Source of the DNA: Cytophagales bacterium | Lineage (GTDB): Bacteria > Bacteroidota > Bacteroidia > Cytophagales > UBA9547 | DNA: 64,000 bases | NCBI GenBank assembly: GCA_033765235.1 | Contig: JANRIG010000022.1 | Span: 133,863-197,862, forward strand | Direction of reading: 5' to 3' | In this document: positions 28,349 through 42,700 of the stretch, piece by piece | How positions within the stretch are numbered: the first letter of the stretch is position 1 | Layout: the number at the start of each line of letters is the position of its first letter | Program-made: the position numbers and the translations under genes | The notes under the pieces: model-generated | The model's database searches: none | The model's input: only the letters and a program-made list of their open reading frames with translations | What the model was told of the DNA's origin: nothing

Positions 28349-29038
28349 TTACTGTTCTCTGTATAGTTCAAGTTTTTTGTGCTTTTGCGCTTTATATTCC
28401 TCCATGATTGAAGGTATAAGAAACCAATGTACAATAACGATGATGCAAGTAATACCTATCAGCGCATAGGTAAACCATACATTGCCCATCACATATTTGA
28501 GACCGAATATTGACAGCATATATATACTCATGACCACACCTATTCCTACAAATAAAAATACTGGGTTAAACCCGTTAAACTGCATTTTCCATGCTGAGTG
28601 CAGCTCCAGCCTGCGGCTGCCAAGGTATGAAAATATAAAATTTATCAATACTAATACTACTGCCATACATGCCATTAGTGCTATTGATTCAATATTAGGC
28701 TGCTTTACCACATACACAGCCACTATCACTATAGCAATGATAAGCAAAAATAAAATGTAGTTGAGCCTGAAGTGCTGTACAAAATTGAACGGAATGGTGC
28801 TGAGCCTGTCCATAATAGTGCTGAGTTTAGAAAATGGGTAGTAATATATACCATTTGCTAAACAAAAAATAGGCAATATTGTGAATGAGGCTGGAAATTG
28901 ATTGCCATTGGCAGTAGTATCCGGCATAATGAAAAAGAAGGGGCTAAATAATGCACAGGCTATAAATTGCATTCTGAGAAATGGATTATTCCATATCAAA
29001 AACAATTCAAAGCGCAGGTATGTCCATGTGTATTTCAT
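28349..29038 (-). CDS. Polytopic membrane protein (putative permease partner, C-terminal half)
   Basis: 229 aa with about 6 TM segments. ATGA overlap with the upstream ORF and 7 nt from the ABC ATPase gene. Confidence 0.55.
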   Translation of the reverse strand: MKYTWTYLRFELFLIWNNPFLRMQFIACALFSPFFFIMPDTTANGNQFPASFTILPIFCLANGIYYYPFSKLSTIMDRLSTIPFNFVQHFRLNYILFLLIIAIVIVAVYVVKQPNIESIALMACMAVVLVLINFIFSYLGSRRLELHSAWKMQFNGFNPVFLFVGIGVVMSIYMLSIFGLKYVMGNVWFTYALIGITCIIVIVHWFLIPSIMEEYKAQKHKKLELYREQ

Positions 29039-29763
29039 AATATATCGAAGTATAGGGCGCGGTGCAATAATTTTTGGGCACTTAATATTAACCCGTATAT
29101 ACCCGCTATCAATACTGTGAGTATTATTATGCCCTCATACTGTAGGGTAAAGTTAAAAAAATATTCAGAATAGTCTTTTATGGCAGCCCACTTATTGGCT
29201 TGCGCTATCAATATGAGTATGGCAATGCCAAATGGCAACCCTCTGAACAAAAAATACCTCAATGCCAGCAATCGTATGCACACCATGCCAAAATGGTTTA
29301 TGGCTATGAACCCGACAAAGCATGACACATACAGCACCGCCTGCCACCACTCATAATAGAGTGGAAATGTCTTATACACAAACGGGATAAGCACCAAAAA
29401 ATATAACAAGTTGCTCCATTGAGCCAATGAGGTAGTGATTAAATAGTTTACCAACTGCTGCTTGGGCACAGGCAGGGTGAGCAAAGGCTTAATCACTATC
29501 GAAGGCAGTTTTTGAAAAAAAGATCGCTGTGCCAAGTCAAATACAAATATAAACAGCAAACCACCATTGAGCTTCTCTACCACATTGGCATTGGGATTGA
29601 GTGCTGAAATGATATCTGGCAAATACAACCCCAAGTACACCAACATGGTCAATATATACCCCATCACTATGAGACCGAGCACTTTGAAAAGTGCTTTTTG
29701 CAAAAACAATCTGTTGCGCCTAAAGCGCAAAATGGTAAGGTATATGAGCTTGTCGTAATACAA
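29035..29763 (-). CDS. Polytopic membrane protein (putative permease partner, N-terminal half)
   Basis: 242 aa with about 6 TM segments. TTG start as called, so the start is uncertain. Confidence 0.5.
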   Translation of the reverse strand: MYYDKLIYLTILRFRRNRLFLQKALFKVLGLIVMGYILTMLVYLGLYLPDIISALNPNANVVEKLNGGLLFIFVFDLAQRSFFQKLPSIVIKPLLTLPVPKQQLVNYLITTSLAQWSNLLYFLVLIPFVYKTFPLYYEWWQAVLYVSCFVGFIAINHFGMVCIRLLALRYFLFRGLPFGIAILILIAQANKWAAIKDYSEYFFNFTLQYEGIIILTVLIAGIYGLILSAQKLLHRALYFDIL

Positions 29764-29928
29764 AGGCTATTTATTTAGATATTTTGTGTGCAAATATGAA
29801 GGGTTAATATTTCATATCAAAATAAGATACAAATGTATTGGTAGGGTAATAATTTTTGTCATCATACCTCAAAAGCAGGGATGATATATCAGCTAATTTA
29901 TCTACCTTTGTATTCAATATATTAGTAT

Positions 29929-30525
29929 ATGGACAAGATATTAGATGAAGTCAGAGAAATACTAAAGCAAGTGGCTATCAGTCAGGCAAACAATGAGAAA
30001 GATATGCAACTTGCAAAAGAACGTCAAGATAGAACTGAAGTGCAAATAGCAGAGACAAATGCCCAGCTGGCAAAGACCGATGCCAAATTGAAAGAAACAG
30101 CCCAAATATTGAGCAATATAGGCATAAATATTGGTCATACTGCCGAAGAATTTTTCTATTATTCACTACAAGATAATCCTAAATTGGGAAACATAGTTTT
30201 TGATTATGTATCACCCAACATCAGCAACATGCACAAAGGCTTACAAGATGAATTTGATATAGTCATGTACAATGGCGACAGTATTGCACTGATAGAAATT
30301 AAACATAAAGTACACCCGTCTGATATTGAAACCTTAAAGACTAATAAGGTCAATAACTTCAGATATTTATTTCCATTATACAAAGACTACAAAATATACT
30401 TGGGCATTGGCGGCCTGTCAGTACCCAAAGATATAGAAAACAAAGCCCAAAAAGAAGGCATTGCAGTACTCAGACAAAAAGGAGAAATAGCTCAAATACA
30501 AGCAGATAGCTTAAAAGCATATTAA
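29929..30525 (+). CDS. Coiled-coil + PD-(D/E)xK nuclease-fold-like protein
   Basis: N-terminal ~60-aa coiled coil, then DEFDIVMYNGDSIALIEIKHKV (D-x12-ExK). Confidence 0.45.
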   Translation: MDKILDEVREILKQVAISQANNEKDMQLAKERQDRTEVQIAETNAQLAKTDAKLKETAQILSNIGINIGHTAEEFFYYSLQDNPKLGNIVFDYVSPNISNMHKGLQDEFDIVMYNGDSIALIEIKHKVHPSDIETLKTNKVNNFRYLFPLYKDYKIYLGIGGLSVPKDIENKAQKEGIAVLRQKGEIAQIQADSLKAY

Positions 30526-30749
30526 TATTTAAGGTTAATATTTTTTGTACAATCACTGTAAATAATATTTTTTGCCACAAAATATGGTAAACTCATATAT
30601 GGAATAATAAAAAAATTTCTATTTATTTGTCTATCAATTATTAACCTTATTGATACCATAATATTTATCCACATAACGTAGGATATGTAAAAATTGCTAC
30701 ATATTTTTACCTCCTTATTATTTCTGTCATTCATCATAATACGTCCACC

Positions 30750-33700
30750 ATGAAATCAAAAATAAGTTTACTCATCTTCAGTACCTTATTGCTAACCTAC
30801 TCACTCACAGCGCAAATACCAACCACAAATCTTCAGCTATGGCTTCGTGCAGATGCAGGCCTCACCACCACAGCAGGCAATGCCATCAACTCAGGCTGGA
30901 CAGACCAATCGCCCAATGGCTTAGTACTCTCACGCAGCGGCAACCCCATATTAATGGGCAATGCCATCAATGGCAGACCGGCTGTGAGGTTTATAAATGG
31001 TCAATCGTTTACAACCAACAATGCAGCCGTGACCTCATTGCCCAATATTACCTATTTTGTAGTGTGCAAATTTGGCATGGCCAGCACAGAAGTATTTAAT
31101 AAAAGTAACCAATATGGCTTGTATGCACAATCTAACAACAGCGCCAGATTTTTTACAAACTCCATATACAACAATGAGTTGCAGTACAATGTATCGAGCG
31201 TAGTAGGTGTATATAATATTTACAGAGGCAGATATGACCTTTCGCAGATTACAGGTGCAGCAAATACTACAGTTAGTTCACCTGTAAATTTATCATCAGC
31301 CATACCTACAGGTAGTACTCTGTATGTAGGAGGCGGTTGGAATTTTTGGTTCGACAATGGTGAGCTGGCAGAACTCATCATTTACAATACAGCACTCAAT
31401 GCTTCTGATATAGATGCTGTATACGCCTATCTGTCAGCTAAATACAATATTGGTTTTAGCCCAAATGCTCCGTCAATCACCAACTTTGGTACCAAAGAAG
31501 CCACCTTTGAACCGTTGTTTTTAGGTACTAAAGTGGCCGCCTCAGGCTTTGGCAGCACAGGCGATGTAGTTACAGTGATTGGAAACAACTTTTCAAGTGT
31601 TACAGGAGTTACACTTAACAACTTAGCTATGACAAGCTACACTGTAAACTCCAACAATATGCTCAGCTTCTCATTGCCCGATGGGCTTGCCAATGTAGGC
31701 AAAGACTTCACAGGACGCATAAGGCTCATCAACTCCTTTGGCACAGGCATGTCTGCCCAAGACCTTCAAGTGATATATACCAACTTCACTCCTTCATCCA
31801 CATTCAATGCAGTATCAGGAGGCAAGTTTTCCATTGCAGGTACAGATGTTTACCAAATCAGTGCAGTATCAGTAGGTGGGGTGTCTGCATCATTCGCCTT
31901 TGAGTCTGCGAGCAACATAATTAAGGTCAATATATCTACAACATTGGGATTGGGCAATAAAACCATACATGTATCACAAAATACCTATTTGGGCAATTTT
32001 GTATATGATTTAGGATTTCCTGTAAATGTGGTATCCACCATACCCTCACCATTCATTGCAAATATCAATCCTACTCACGGTGATATAGGCAGTACACTTA
32101 TTATCAACGGGGTAAACTTTGGAGTAGGCGGGCATGACAATGTGGTGCAGTTTGGCTCTGTAAGGGTGTTGCCATTTTATGGCAACATTACTTCAGCGCA
32201 TATATTTGTACCTACGGGCATTAGCCATAGCCCTATCAACTTGGTCAATCTCAATAGTGGCTTGAGTACCAAATATTACAAACCATTCATAACAACATTT
32301 GCAGGAGGAGCAAATATAAGTTCAGGCACTTTTGCACCACCCGTATTTCCTTCAGCCAGCTATACCTCATATCAAGTAAAATTTGCAGACCTTAATAATG
32401 ATGGCAAGCCTGAGGTCATCACTCCTTATTATAATTCATCATATATCACCATCAATGTAAACGCTGCAAATAATACCATTACTGCAGCAAACTTTTCATC
32501 TACATTCACTGTAAACTGTGGCAACAACCCATACGATATGGAAATTGCTGATATTGACAATGATGGCAGGCTCGATATCATATTGGCAAACTATTCCAGC
32601 TCATTCATTACAATACTAAAAAATAACTACATATCCGGCACTTTGCAAGCTTCTAACTTTAGCACAATCAATGTAGCTAGTGCCAATAATTTTTACGGCA
32701 TTGCCGTAGGCGACATTGATATGGATGGCAAGCAAGACCTGGTAGGTGCCAGAGCTACAGACAATAATATATATGTATATAAAAATAATTTTACAATTGG
32801 TACTACTATTACTGCTTCCAGCTTTGGCTCGGCCGTTATTTTTGGCATAGGCGCAGGCACTACCCCTTACGATGTGGATTTGACAGACCTCAATAATGAC
32901 GGCAAGCCTGAGCTCGTCTCTGCCAACAATAACCAAGCTTCATTATCTATATTTGAAAATATTGCTACTTTGGGTGTCATAAATTCCAGCTCTTTTTCTA
33001 CTCCATTCACTGCGCCACTTGCTTCAGGCAGTGTATCTGTCAATGCTGCTGACTTTGATGGCGATGGCAAAACAGACCTTGTGGCTACAAATTATAGCTC
33101 TGCCAGTGTATCTGTCATTAGAAATAAGCATATATCAGGGGCTTTGGCTGCAGCACAGTTCAATACCCGAGTAGATTTTGCTGCAGGCACTACCCCTTAC
33201 AAATTGGCCGTAGGAGATTTGAATGGCGATGGCAAAGTAGATATTGCAGTGTCAAATTTTGGTTCAAATACCATCTCACTTTTTGCTAATAACGCAGTGC
33301 CCGGCACCATTACATCCGCAAGTTTTGCATCCAAAATAGACTATTCAGTGCCAAATAGCCCTACTGCTGCTGCCATTGCAGACTTAGACGGCGATGGCAA
33401 GCCCGATGTGGCTTGTGCTACTTACTATGGCTTTAATATAGCGATATTCCGCAACCTCATTACACCTCCTCCTGTAATCACAAGTTTTGCGCCTGCCTCA
33501 GGGTTGCCTTTGAGCAATGTAACTATTTTTGGCTCCAATTTCAGCAATGTAGCCCAAATAGCATTGGGCACTACTTTAGGCAGCAATATATTGGCAAATG
33601 AGGCAAACTATATCGTGGCTAAAATACCTGCTTTTTCATCTACCAATTTTATTACATTGACAAATGGCAGTGGCAGTAGTGCTACAAGTACATCTGTGTT

Positions 33701-36700
33701 CAGCATCACAGGTGCTACACCCTTACCAGTAATTACCTCTGTAAGTCCTATAAATACTACACTGGGGGGCACAGTTATCATCCAAGGCAGCGGGTTTGAA
33801 GTGGTGCCCGAGCTCAATTTGGTATGGTTTGGTGCTACGCGTATGCCTGTGTTATCCTCATCTGCTACGCAAATGGTAGTATCTGTAATAGGAGGCGGTT
33901 CGGTATCTGTCATCAATTATCAAAATGGTTTTGGATTGAACACACAGTGGAAACTACCCTTTGCCTATACATTTGCCAATGGAAACTTTGTGCCCTCATC
34001 GTTTACCAACAATGCTACATTTGCTACCTCAAGCCAACCTTATAATATATTGGCTGCAGACTTTGATGGCGATGGCAAGCCCGATATCATGGCTACAGCA
34101 TACAATGCATCTACCAATCAGATAAGTATTGCCAAAAACAATGCTATTAATAACACCATCACTGGTTCTACTTTTGCTGCACCATTTGTATTACAAGGCT
34201 ACACTTGGTATTGCTTTCAGTCATCGGTCGGCGACCTTGATGGCGATGGCAAATTGGATATAGTGATACCTAATACTAATACTAACTACTTTACAATCTA
34301 TAAAAATATCAGCAGCCCGGGCACACTCACAGCCTCAAGTTTCGGGTCAAGGATAGATATAAATGTAACTGCAGGCTACTCAAGCTATGGCTCTGCCATA
34401 GCAGATATAGACAATGATGGGAATAACGATGTAATATTCACAAGCAATAACAGTAATAGAATATTCATATATCGCAACCTTGGCACAGGCAATATCAATA
34501 ATACTTTGCAATACAGTGCAGACTTTGCCACCGGCACCAATCCCTCCACAGTAAAGATAACTGACGTAGACGGTGATGGCAAAAAAGATATTGTAATAGG
34601 CTACACATCATCTGCATATGTATCTGTATATAGGAATGTTAGCACCTCGGGTACTATCACAAGCGCATCTTTTGCACCTCGTGTAGATTTACCCACTGCC
34701 AATGCATGTTATAGTATAGCCATAGCCGACATTAATAGCGATGGCAAACCTGAGATACTTGCTGCTAATTACACAGGTAACTTTATTCATTTATTTCAAA
34801 ATAATAATATGCCCGGCACCGTGACCTCTGCCATGTTTGCAAGGGTGGACTTACCCACCAACGCAGGCTCTAACCCTTATGATATAAATGCAGGCGATTT
34901 GGACGGTGATGGCAAACCTGAAATAATTATGGGAGGTACAGGCAATACACTCATTGCAGTATATAAAAATAATTATTTATCAGGAAATATTTTGGCAGCA
35001 AACTTTACAAAATCAGATATACCAAACCTTACTTCGGCCTATGGTATAGAGGTAGCAGACCTTGATCTGGATGGCAAACTTGAAATACTTGCTGCCAATG
35101 GGGCAAATAATGTGAAAATATACAAAAACCAGATAGGCAATGGCTTAGTGCCTACTATTACAGGTTTTAGCCCTGCCTCAGGCACAGCACTGGTTACTTG
35201 GGTCACCGTCACAGGATTTGGCTTCACCAGTATATCAGGGGTAGCAATAGCTTCGGTACCTTCGCCTCAATACACCGTTATCAATGCTAATACCTTAATA
35301 TTCAAAGTGCCCAATGCTACAATTACAGGCAAAATAAGTATTGCCAATCAATTTGGCACACTAGGAATATCTGCCACAGACTTTACAGTTACTGGCTTGG
35401 CACCATTACCGGTAATCACAAGTTTCACCCCTTCCAAAGGATATGCTGCCATGGAAGTATCTATATTGGGAAGTGGATTTGACAATATTGCATTAAATAA
35501 TGTTGTACACTTTGGAGGTGCCAAAGCTACAATCACTGGAGCATCTGCCAATTTGCTGCAAGCACTCGCACCATGGGGTGCTACTTTTGACAAGATAAGA
35601 GTTACCAACCTACTCACCAATTTTTCAGGCGAAAGTACCATGCCATTTGTCACTACTTTTGCCGGACCACGCACCATTACCTCTGCTACCTTTGCACCTA
35701 AGGTAGATTTACCTTCGGCATCCAATGTATATGCTACTTATATAGCCGACATAGACGGCGATGGTAAAAATGACCTTTTGGCTGCCAACTACAACTTAAA
35801 TACATTTTCAATATTCAGAAACACAGGCACAGGTATAAACTTTAGCAATCAATTTGCACCAAAAGTAGATTTTACTACAGGTAGCACGGCTTACAAAATC
35901 ACTGTAGCCGACCTGGACGGCGATGGCAAAAATGATATAATAGTGCCAAACTATAGTTCTAATACTATTTCGGTATTTAGAAATTTATCAAATCCGGGCA
36001 GTATATTTTTATCCAACAAAGTAGACTTCTCGGTGGGTAGCAATCCTGTAGCCGTAGAGGCTGCAGATATAGATAGCGATGGCTTGCTTGATTTAGTCAT
36101 TGCCAACTACAATGTGAATTACTTTACAATTTATAAAAACACAGGTATTACAGGCACTATCACAAGCACCTCATTTGGTGCCAGACAAGATATTGTCAAT
36201 GATTATTACGCCTATGCCATAGCCATAGGAGACTTAGACCGCGACGGCAAACCTGACATTGCCACTACTACCCAAAATACTAACATAATAAGTATTTACA
36301 GAAACCTTAGCACACAAGGTGCTATTACCCTGGCACCAAGATTGCCTCTCACATCACAGTTTTACCCCTGGGACTTAAAATTTGCAGACTTGGACTATGA
36401 CAATATACTTGACATGGTAGCCTCAAATCCTACTTATGGTACAGTATCAGTATTTAGAAACACAGGTTTGGTAGGTACTATCACTTCAGCCAGTTTTGCT
36501 GCCAGGGTAGATTTTAATACTCTTGCAAGCAATAATTATTTAGCCTTAGCAGACATAGACGGCGATGGCAGAGTGGATATAAGCAACTCAGGCTTTCAAA
36601 GTCCTAACTATTTTATAAGTGTATTAAGAAATGTATCTACAGGCGCTGGCATTAATACAGGCAGTTTTGCAACCAATATACCTTACATAGTAGGCACGCA

Positions 36701-39700
36701 AAATCCTTATATATACGCATTAGGTGACCTTAACAATGATAGCAAGCCGGACTTGGCTGTACCTCAATATGGTGGAGCCACTATCAGTTTGCTCAAAAAT
36801 CTCTCATCTTCGGAGCCTACTGTTACAGGCTTCAATCCTTCATCGGGGCAGGCTGGCATCATCTTCATCACTATCACAGGTGCAGGATTTGCTACCGCAT
36901 CGCACATAAGAATAAATACTACATCGGGATCTAATATTAATATAATAAACGATAATTTTATTATTGCACGACTGCCAATAAATGCCACCACAGGCGCAGT
37001 AGCTGTGCTCAACGGATTTGGACTGGCAGGTACAGTAGCTGGAATTTTCACAGTCACAGCCCCATTCCCATATCCCTCCATATCCGGTATAGTACCTGCA
37101 AAAGGAGAGAAAAATGCCACTGTCACAGTCATTGGAGCCAACTTTGGAAGCAATATAGGATTTAACAATCTATGGTTTGGAGCTTCACAGGCAACTATTA
37201 CAGGTGCCAATGCCAATGAAATTGTAGCCAATGTACCCAATGCAGCTACTTATGACAGACCAACTTTGCTAAACACCGAAACCTCACTATTTACTTACTA
37301 TAATACGCCGTATATTACCACTTTTGCAGGCTCTAATAGCATATTAGGGGCATCTTTTGCAAGCGAAACCGGCATCTTAGGCGGTATTTCAAACCCATAT
37401 TTTTCTGTAGTAAAAGATCTTGACGGAGATGGAAAACCTGAAGTAGTCACCGCTAATTATGGTAGCAATACCATTACCATAAGTAGAAATGTAACTATTA
37501 ATAACACCATTACATCTTCATCTTTTGTAAACTCTAATATCACCAATCCTTTCTCTAACCCTATTGGGTTAGCCGTTGGGGACATTGATAATGATGGCAA
37601 ACCTGATATTATTGTTACTAACTCTAATAATTCATCGATATCCATATACAAAAATAATTTCAATTCAGGTACTATTTCTTCTGCAAATTTTTCAAGTGCC
37701 ATTACACTGCCCGTTGAGAACGACCCAAGGTGTATAGCCATAGGCGACCTTGATAAAGACGGATATAATGACTTGGTAGTGGGCAATTTCTTTTCTAATA
37801 GTTTATCAATTTTTAAAAATAGGGGTCAGCAGGGTAACATATCAATTAATAGTTTTGAACCTGCTTTTAATATAAATATTACTAACAGACCTAATAGTGT
37901 GGCTATCGGGGACTTAGATGCAGACACAAAACCGGATATAGTCGTAGGTATGCAAACAGGATTAATTGTCATTATTAAAAACAACAGCCAGCAAGGAACA
38001 CTTAACTCATCTTCATTTGAAGCTCCCATTAATCAAGCTACTACATATACTACATTTAACATTGCAATAGGAGATATAAATGATGACGGCAAACCAGAAA
38101 TAATAGGAGGATCAACGAGTGCCTTTGCTACAATATTACAAAATACAACTATTAATAATACCATTACAGGAACTTCATTTAGTAATATTGTATACCTTAA
38201 CACCTCGGGCAGTACATACAATTGTATAGCACTTGGCGACTTTAACGGCGATGGCAAAGTAGATATTGCAGGCACCGCCTACAGTGGCACTAATCGTATG
38301 TATGTATTTCAAAACAATCTTACCACCTCTACTATTACTGCTGCAGCCTTTGGACCAAGAGTAGACTATGCCATATCATCAAACCCTATTGGTATTAATG
38401 TGTCTGACCTTGATGGCGATGCCAAGCCAGATGTCATAGTCACAAGCTACAACAACAACAGATTGAGTATTTATAAAAACCTCATAGTTGCTCCACCTAC
38501 TATCACAGGTATGACACCGCTCACAGGTACTGCAGGTATCACCGTTGTAAGTGTATCCGGAGGGGGCTTTGCCAATGTGAATGTTGTAGGCTTGGGCAAT
38601 AGCGCGGGGGCAAGTTTTACTATATTGGGAAATAACAATATGCTTGTAAAAGTACCTCCTACTGCTACTATAGGAGCACTCACCGTGAATACCAATCTGG
38701 GTGGATTGGCATATTCTAATGAAATATTTACCGTTACAGGTGCATTTCCTTATCCTTCTATTACAGGGGTATCACCTTTATTTGCCTCATCAGGAGAAAC
38801 CATATCTGTGTTTGGCACTAATTTTGACGCTACGCTTTCTAATAACAGGCTGTATTTTGGCGCAGTGAAAGCCATGCCCAATTTTGCAAGTCCCAATTTA
38901 TTGACTGCACTATTGCCTCCCGGAGCTACCCACGACAATGTACGGTATATGAATGATGCTACAATGTTGCAAAGTGCCTCTGCAAGGATGGTGAGCCCCA
39001 CATTCACAGGTATGAATACTATTACAGGGGCTACCTATGCTGCTGCAGTAAATCATGCCAATTTCACCTCAGGCAACTACAAAGTGCTGCTTGGCGATGT
39101 GGACGGTGATGGCAAAGTAGATGCGGTGACTAATACCTATACCAATAATAATATCAGTATTTTCAGAAACATTTCATCGGCGGGCACTTGGACAGGCACA
39201 TCGTTGGCTACAAGGATAGATATCAGTATTGCAGGTGCTTACTACATGTGGGAAATGGAACTCGAAGACATAGATATGGATGGCAAACTGGACATCATAT
39301 TTGTAGATGGCAATGGTGCACGTATTGGGATATTAAAAAATAACAGTTCGCCAGGGTCACTGTCTGCTGCAAGCTTCTCAGCACCTGTATTTTACACGGG
39401 TACTCCAAATCCTTATGCATTAGAAGTAGCAGATTTTGATAACGACGGCCTGGTAGATATAGCTGCTATGAACGGTGGTGGCATCACTGGTTTGTATATA
39501 TACAAAAATCTGGGTATCACAGGCACTATTACCTCAGCCTCATTTGCACCTGCCATCACCATACCTACTTCTTATTCTTATGCTTATGAGCTGCAAGCCG
39601 CTGACTTTGACTACGATGGGAGGCTTGATATGGTAGCTGCAAACTATGGCAACAATGGTTTCACAATATTCAAAAACATAGCTCAAGCAGGGGTTATATC

Positions 39701-42700
39701 ATTTGTAGGATATACTTATAATACAGGTTATCAGGCTATATCGTGCCGTGTGGGGGATATAGACAAAGACGGAAGAGCAGACATTGCATTATCAAATAAT
39801 ACCAGTACTCTGGCACAGGTTTATAAAAATAACTCATTAGGAGGCACACTTTCGGGCTCCTCTTTCAGTTTGGGAGGCACATTTACAGCCGGCTCAGGAG
39901 GGTATGGCGTAGAGCTGTTTGACCTTGATGGCGATAGCTGGCTCGATATGGTAATAGCCAACTATTCATCCAATAACATTTCTATTTTTAGGAATAATAG
40001 GGTAGCAGGCACTATCAATGGCACCTCATTTTCACCTAAAGTAGACTATGCCACCTCATCAGGGCCTTCTTACCCCCGAGCAGCAGATATGGATCTTGAC
40101 GGCAAACCTGATATTATTATTCCATATATTGGCGCAGCTCAACTTACAGTATTTAGAAATGCATTAGTAGAGATACCCACTGTCACAGGGTTCACACCTA
40201 CATCAGGCACTCCACTGAGTATCATAAGTATTACGGGCGCATCATTGGGTACTGTAAATAATGTGTATATAGGAGGAGCTGTTACCAATATCATTACCTC
40301 ATTGGGTGCCAATGCACTGCTTGCAAGAGTGCCTGTGAATGCTGCTACAGGTCTGGTAGTAGTGAGTAATACGCAAGGCAGCACCAGCACAGCCCCAGGC
40401 ATATTCACAGTGATACCCATACAGTACCCAACCATCACGGGGATAGCACCATTGGCAGAAACAGCAGGGAACATCATTCAAATATTTGGTAATAATTTCA
40501 GCACTTTATCGGGTAGCAATATTTTGGGTATAGGTGCGGTGAATGCTACGGTGACAGGTGCTACAGCCACTCAATTAACAGCCACTATACCCATGAGTGC
40601 AGATTATAAAGCCATCACGCTACTAAACAATGAATCAGGATTTAGAGCATCATATACTATACCATTGCGTCTTATATTCCCAAGTTCAGGCACCATATTA
40701 GGCAGCTCCATGGCTCCAAAAGTAGATTATATAGGACTTAGTCAACCATATTACACCACTCAAAAAGACTTAAACGGTGATGGCAAACCTGAAATATTGA
40801 CTGCAAATTATGGGTCAAACTATGTCACCATATTCAATAATCAAAGTATCAATGGCACCATTACAGGAAGCTCTTTCAGTTCATTTAATATTCTTCCCGG
40901 GTTTAATAATCCACTTTTCATGGCAGCCGAAGATTTGGACAATGACAGCAAGCCGGACTTGGCCGTTGTAGATTATTTTGGCAATAGAATAGCCATTTAT
41001 AAAAATATACATACGGGTGGTGCATTGTCGGCAGCTTCATTTTCCGGCCCTATTTATTTTGCAACTGCCTCCAGACCTTACACTTTAGCCATCGCAGATT
41101 TTGATTATGATGGATTTAATGATATTGCGGTAGCCAACAATACAGGATTTAACGTGTCAGTATTTAAAAACAATATTACTCCGGGTGTTATCAATGCTTC
41201 TACATTTGCCCCAAAAGTAGATTTCACAGTAGCTACAGCACCTATAGAAATTACAGCAGCAGATATAGACAATGATGGCAGGATAGATATTGTCACCTCC
41301 AATGATGGTACTCCGGCAGTATCTATATTGAAAAATATTACTAACAGGGGCATTATCAACTCAGGCTCATTTGCCACTCATGTAAGTCCTGCCACAGCAT
41401 ATGGAGGATATGGGTTGGGAATAGGTGACCTGAATAACGATGGCAAACTGGAAATTGTGGCTGCCTCATCATCAAGCAGCTTTGTAATGGTGTTTCAAAA
41501 CAATACCTCAGGTAATACCATCACAGGTACATCTTTTGTTATTACAAATATTGCTGCACCTATATATGGGTATCGCTCTGTGAAAATAGCCGACCTTGAC
41601 GGCGATGGAAAAAATGAAATGGTAGTGCCTACCACCAACCCCTTAGTATCTGTGTATAGAAATATCACCACTGGATTAGGTATCAATACAGGAAGTTTTT
41701 CACCGGCCGTTACATATACCACAGGCAATTATCCTTGGGGGCTCTCATTAGGCGACCTTGACGGGGACGGCAAACCTGAGATAGTGACAGCAAACTATTC
41801 TTCCAACTCCATATCTATCCTCAAAAACTTGCAATCTAATTCTAACTTGCCCACAATCAATAACTTTGTACCTGCCTCGGCGCGAAGAGGCAAGTCATTT
41901 ACCATCACAGGCACCAACTTTATAGGAGTTTCTACCGTGCAACTCGGAGGGGTGAGTGTACCTTATACAGTGCTCAATGTGAACAACATAGTGGCTACTT
42001 TGCCCGGCACAGCCATTACAGGTAGTGTATACATCAGTGCGTTTGGTGGCAATGTAACCTCTGCCTCCAACTTTGTAGTAGACCTTACACCTGCACCCAG
42101 CATCACAGGCATTAACCCCACAAGCGTATTGCAGGGTGGGGTAGTTACCATTACAGGTACTGAATTAGAGTTTTTATTAAACCCAATTACTATTTCAGGT
42201 ATTACTATAAATAATTATCAATACAATCCCAGCTTAGGTCGCATTATTGCCACAGTACCCGGCTATGCAGTTTCGGGCGATATCAGGTTGGCTACTTCTT
42301 TTGGTGGTATATCAGCAATTGGTTCAAGTTCTTATTTGAATGTTACCCCAATGTTAAAACCAAGTTTTGGATATACAATTCCTGCTCCAATATGGGACAA
42401 TGGTAGTGGAGTTACCTATAATGCATCTGGCACTGTGGTTACCCGTACACTTCCCGGGGCCGATTTTGGTGCAAATATCAGAACTATTAATATGCCAAAA
42501 TCTAATGGCATTTCGATTTCACTAAAACAAGGTATATCTACTAATATATTAAACTTTGGGATAGCAGAAATGGGAAATTTTGGAGCTCCCGATTATCAGG
42601 CAGTTATAGATGGTAGTAACGTGATGGCAGTTAGGTTGGCAGTAGTACTTGCAAATAATATAACTTCAGTTTCACCAGATGATTTGTTTACAGTAAGGTT

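Noticed and set aside
32380-41800. Regularly recurring ~20-nt gayggygayggcaarcc motifs, considered as a CRISPR-like or satellite array.
   Set aside because: They are in-frame codons for the DGDGKP calcium-loop of the FG-GAP blades. Their spacing of ~180-200 nt follows the protein repeat, and there are no spacers or leader.
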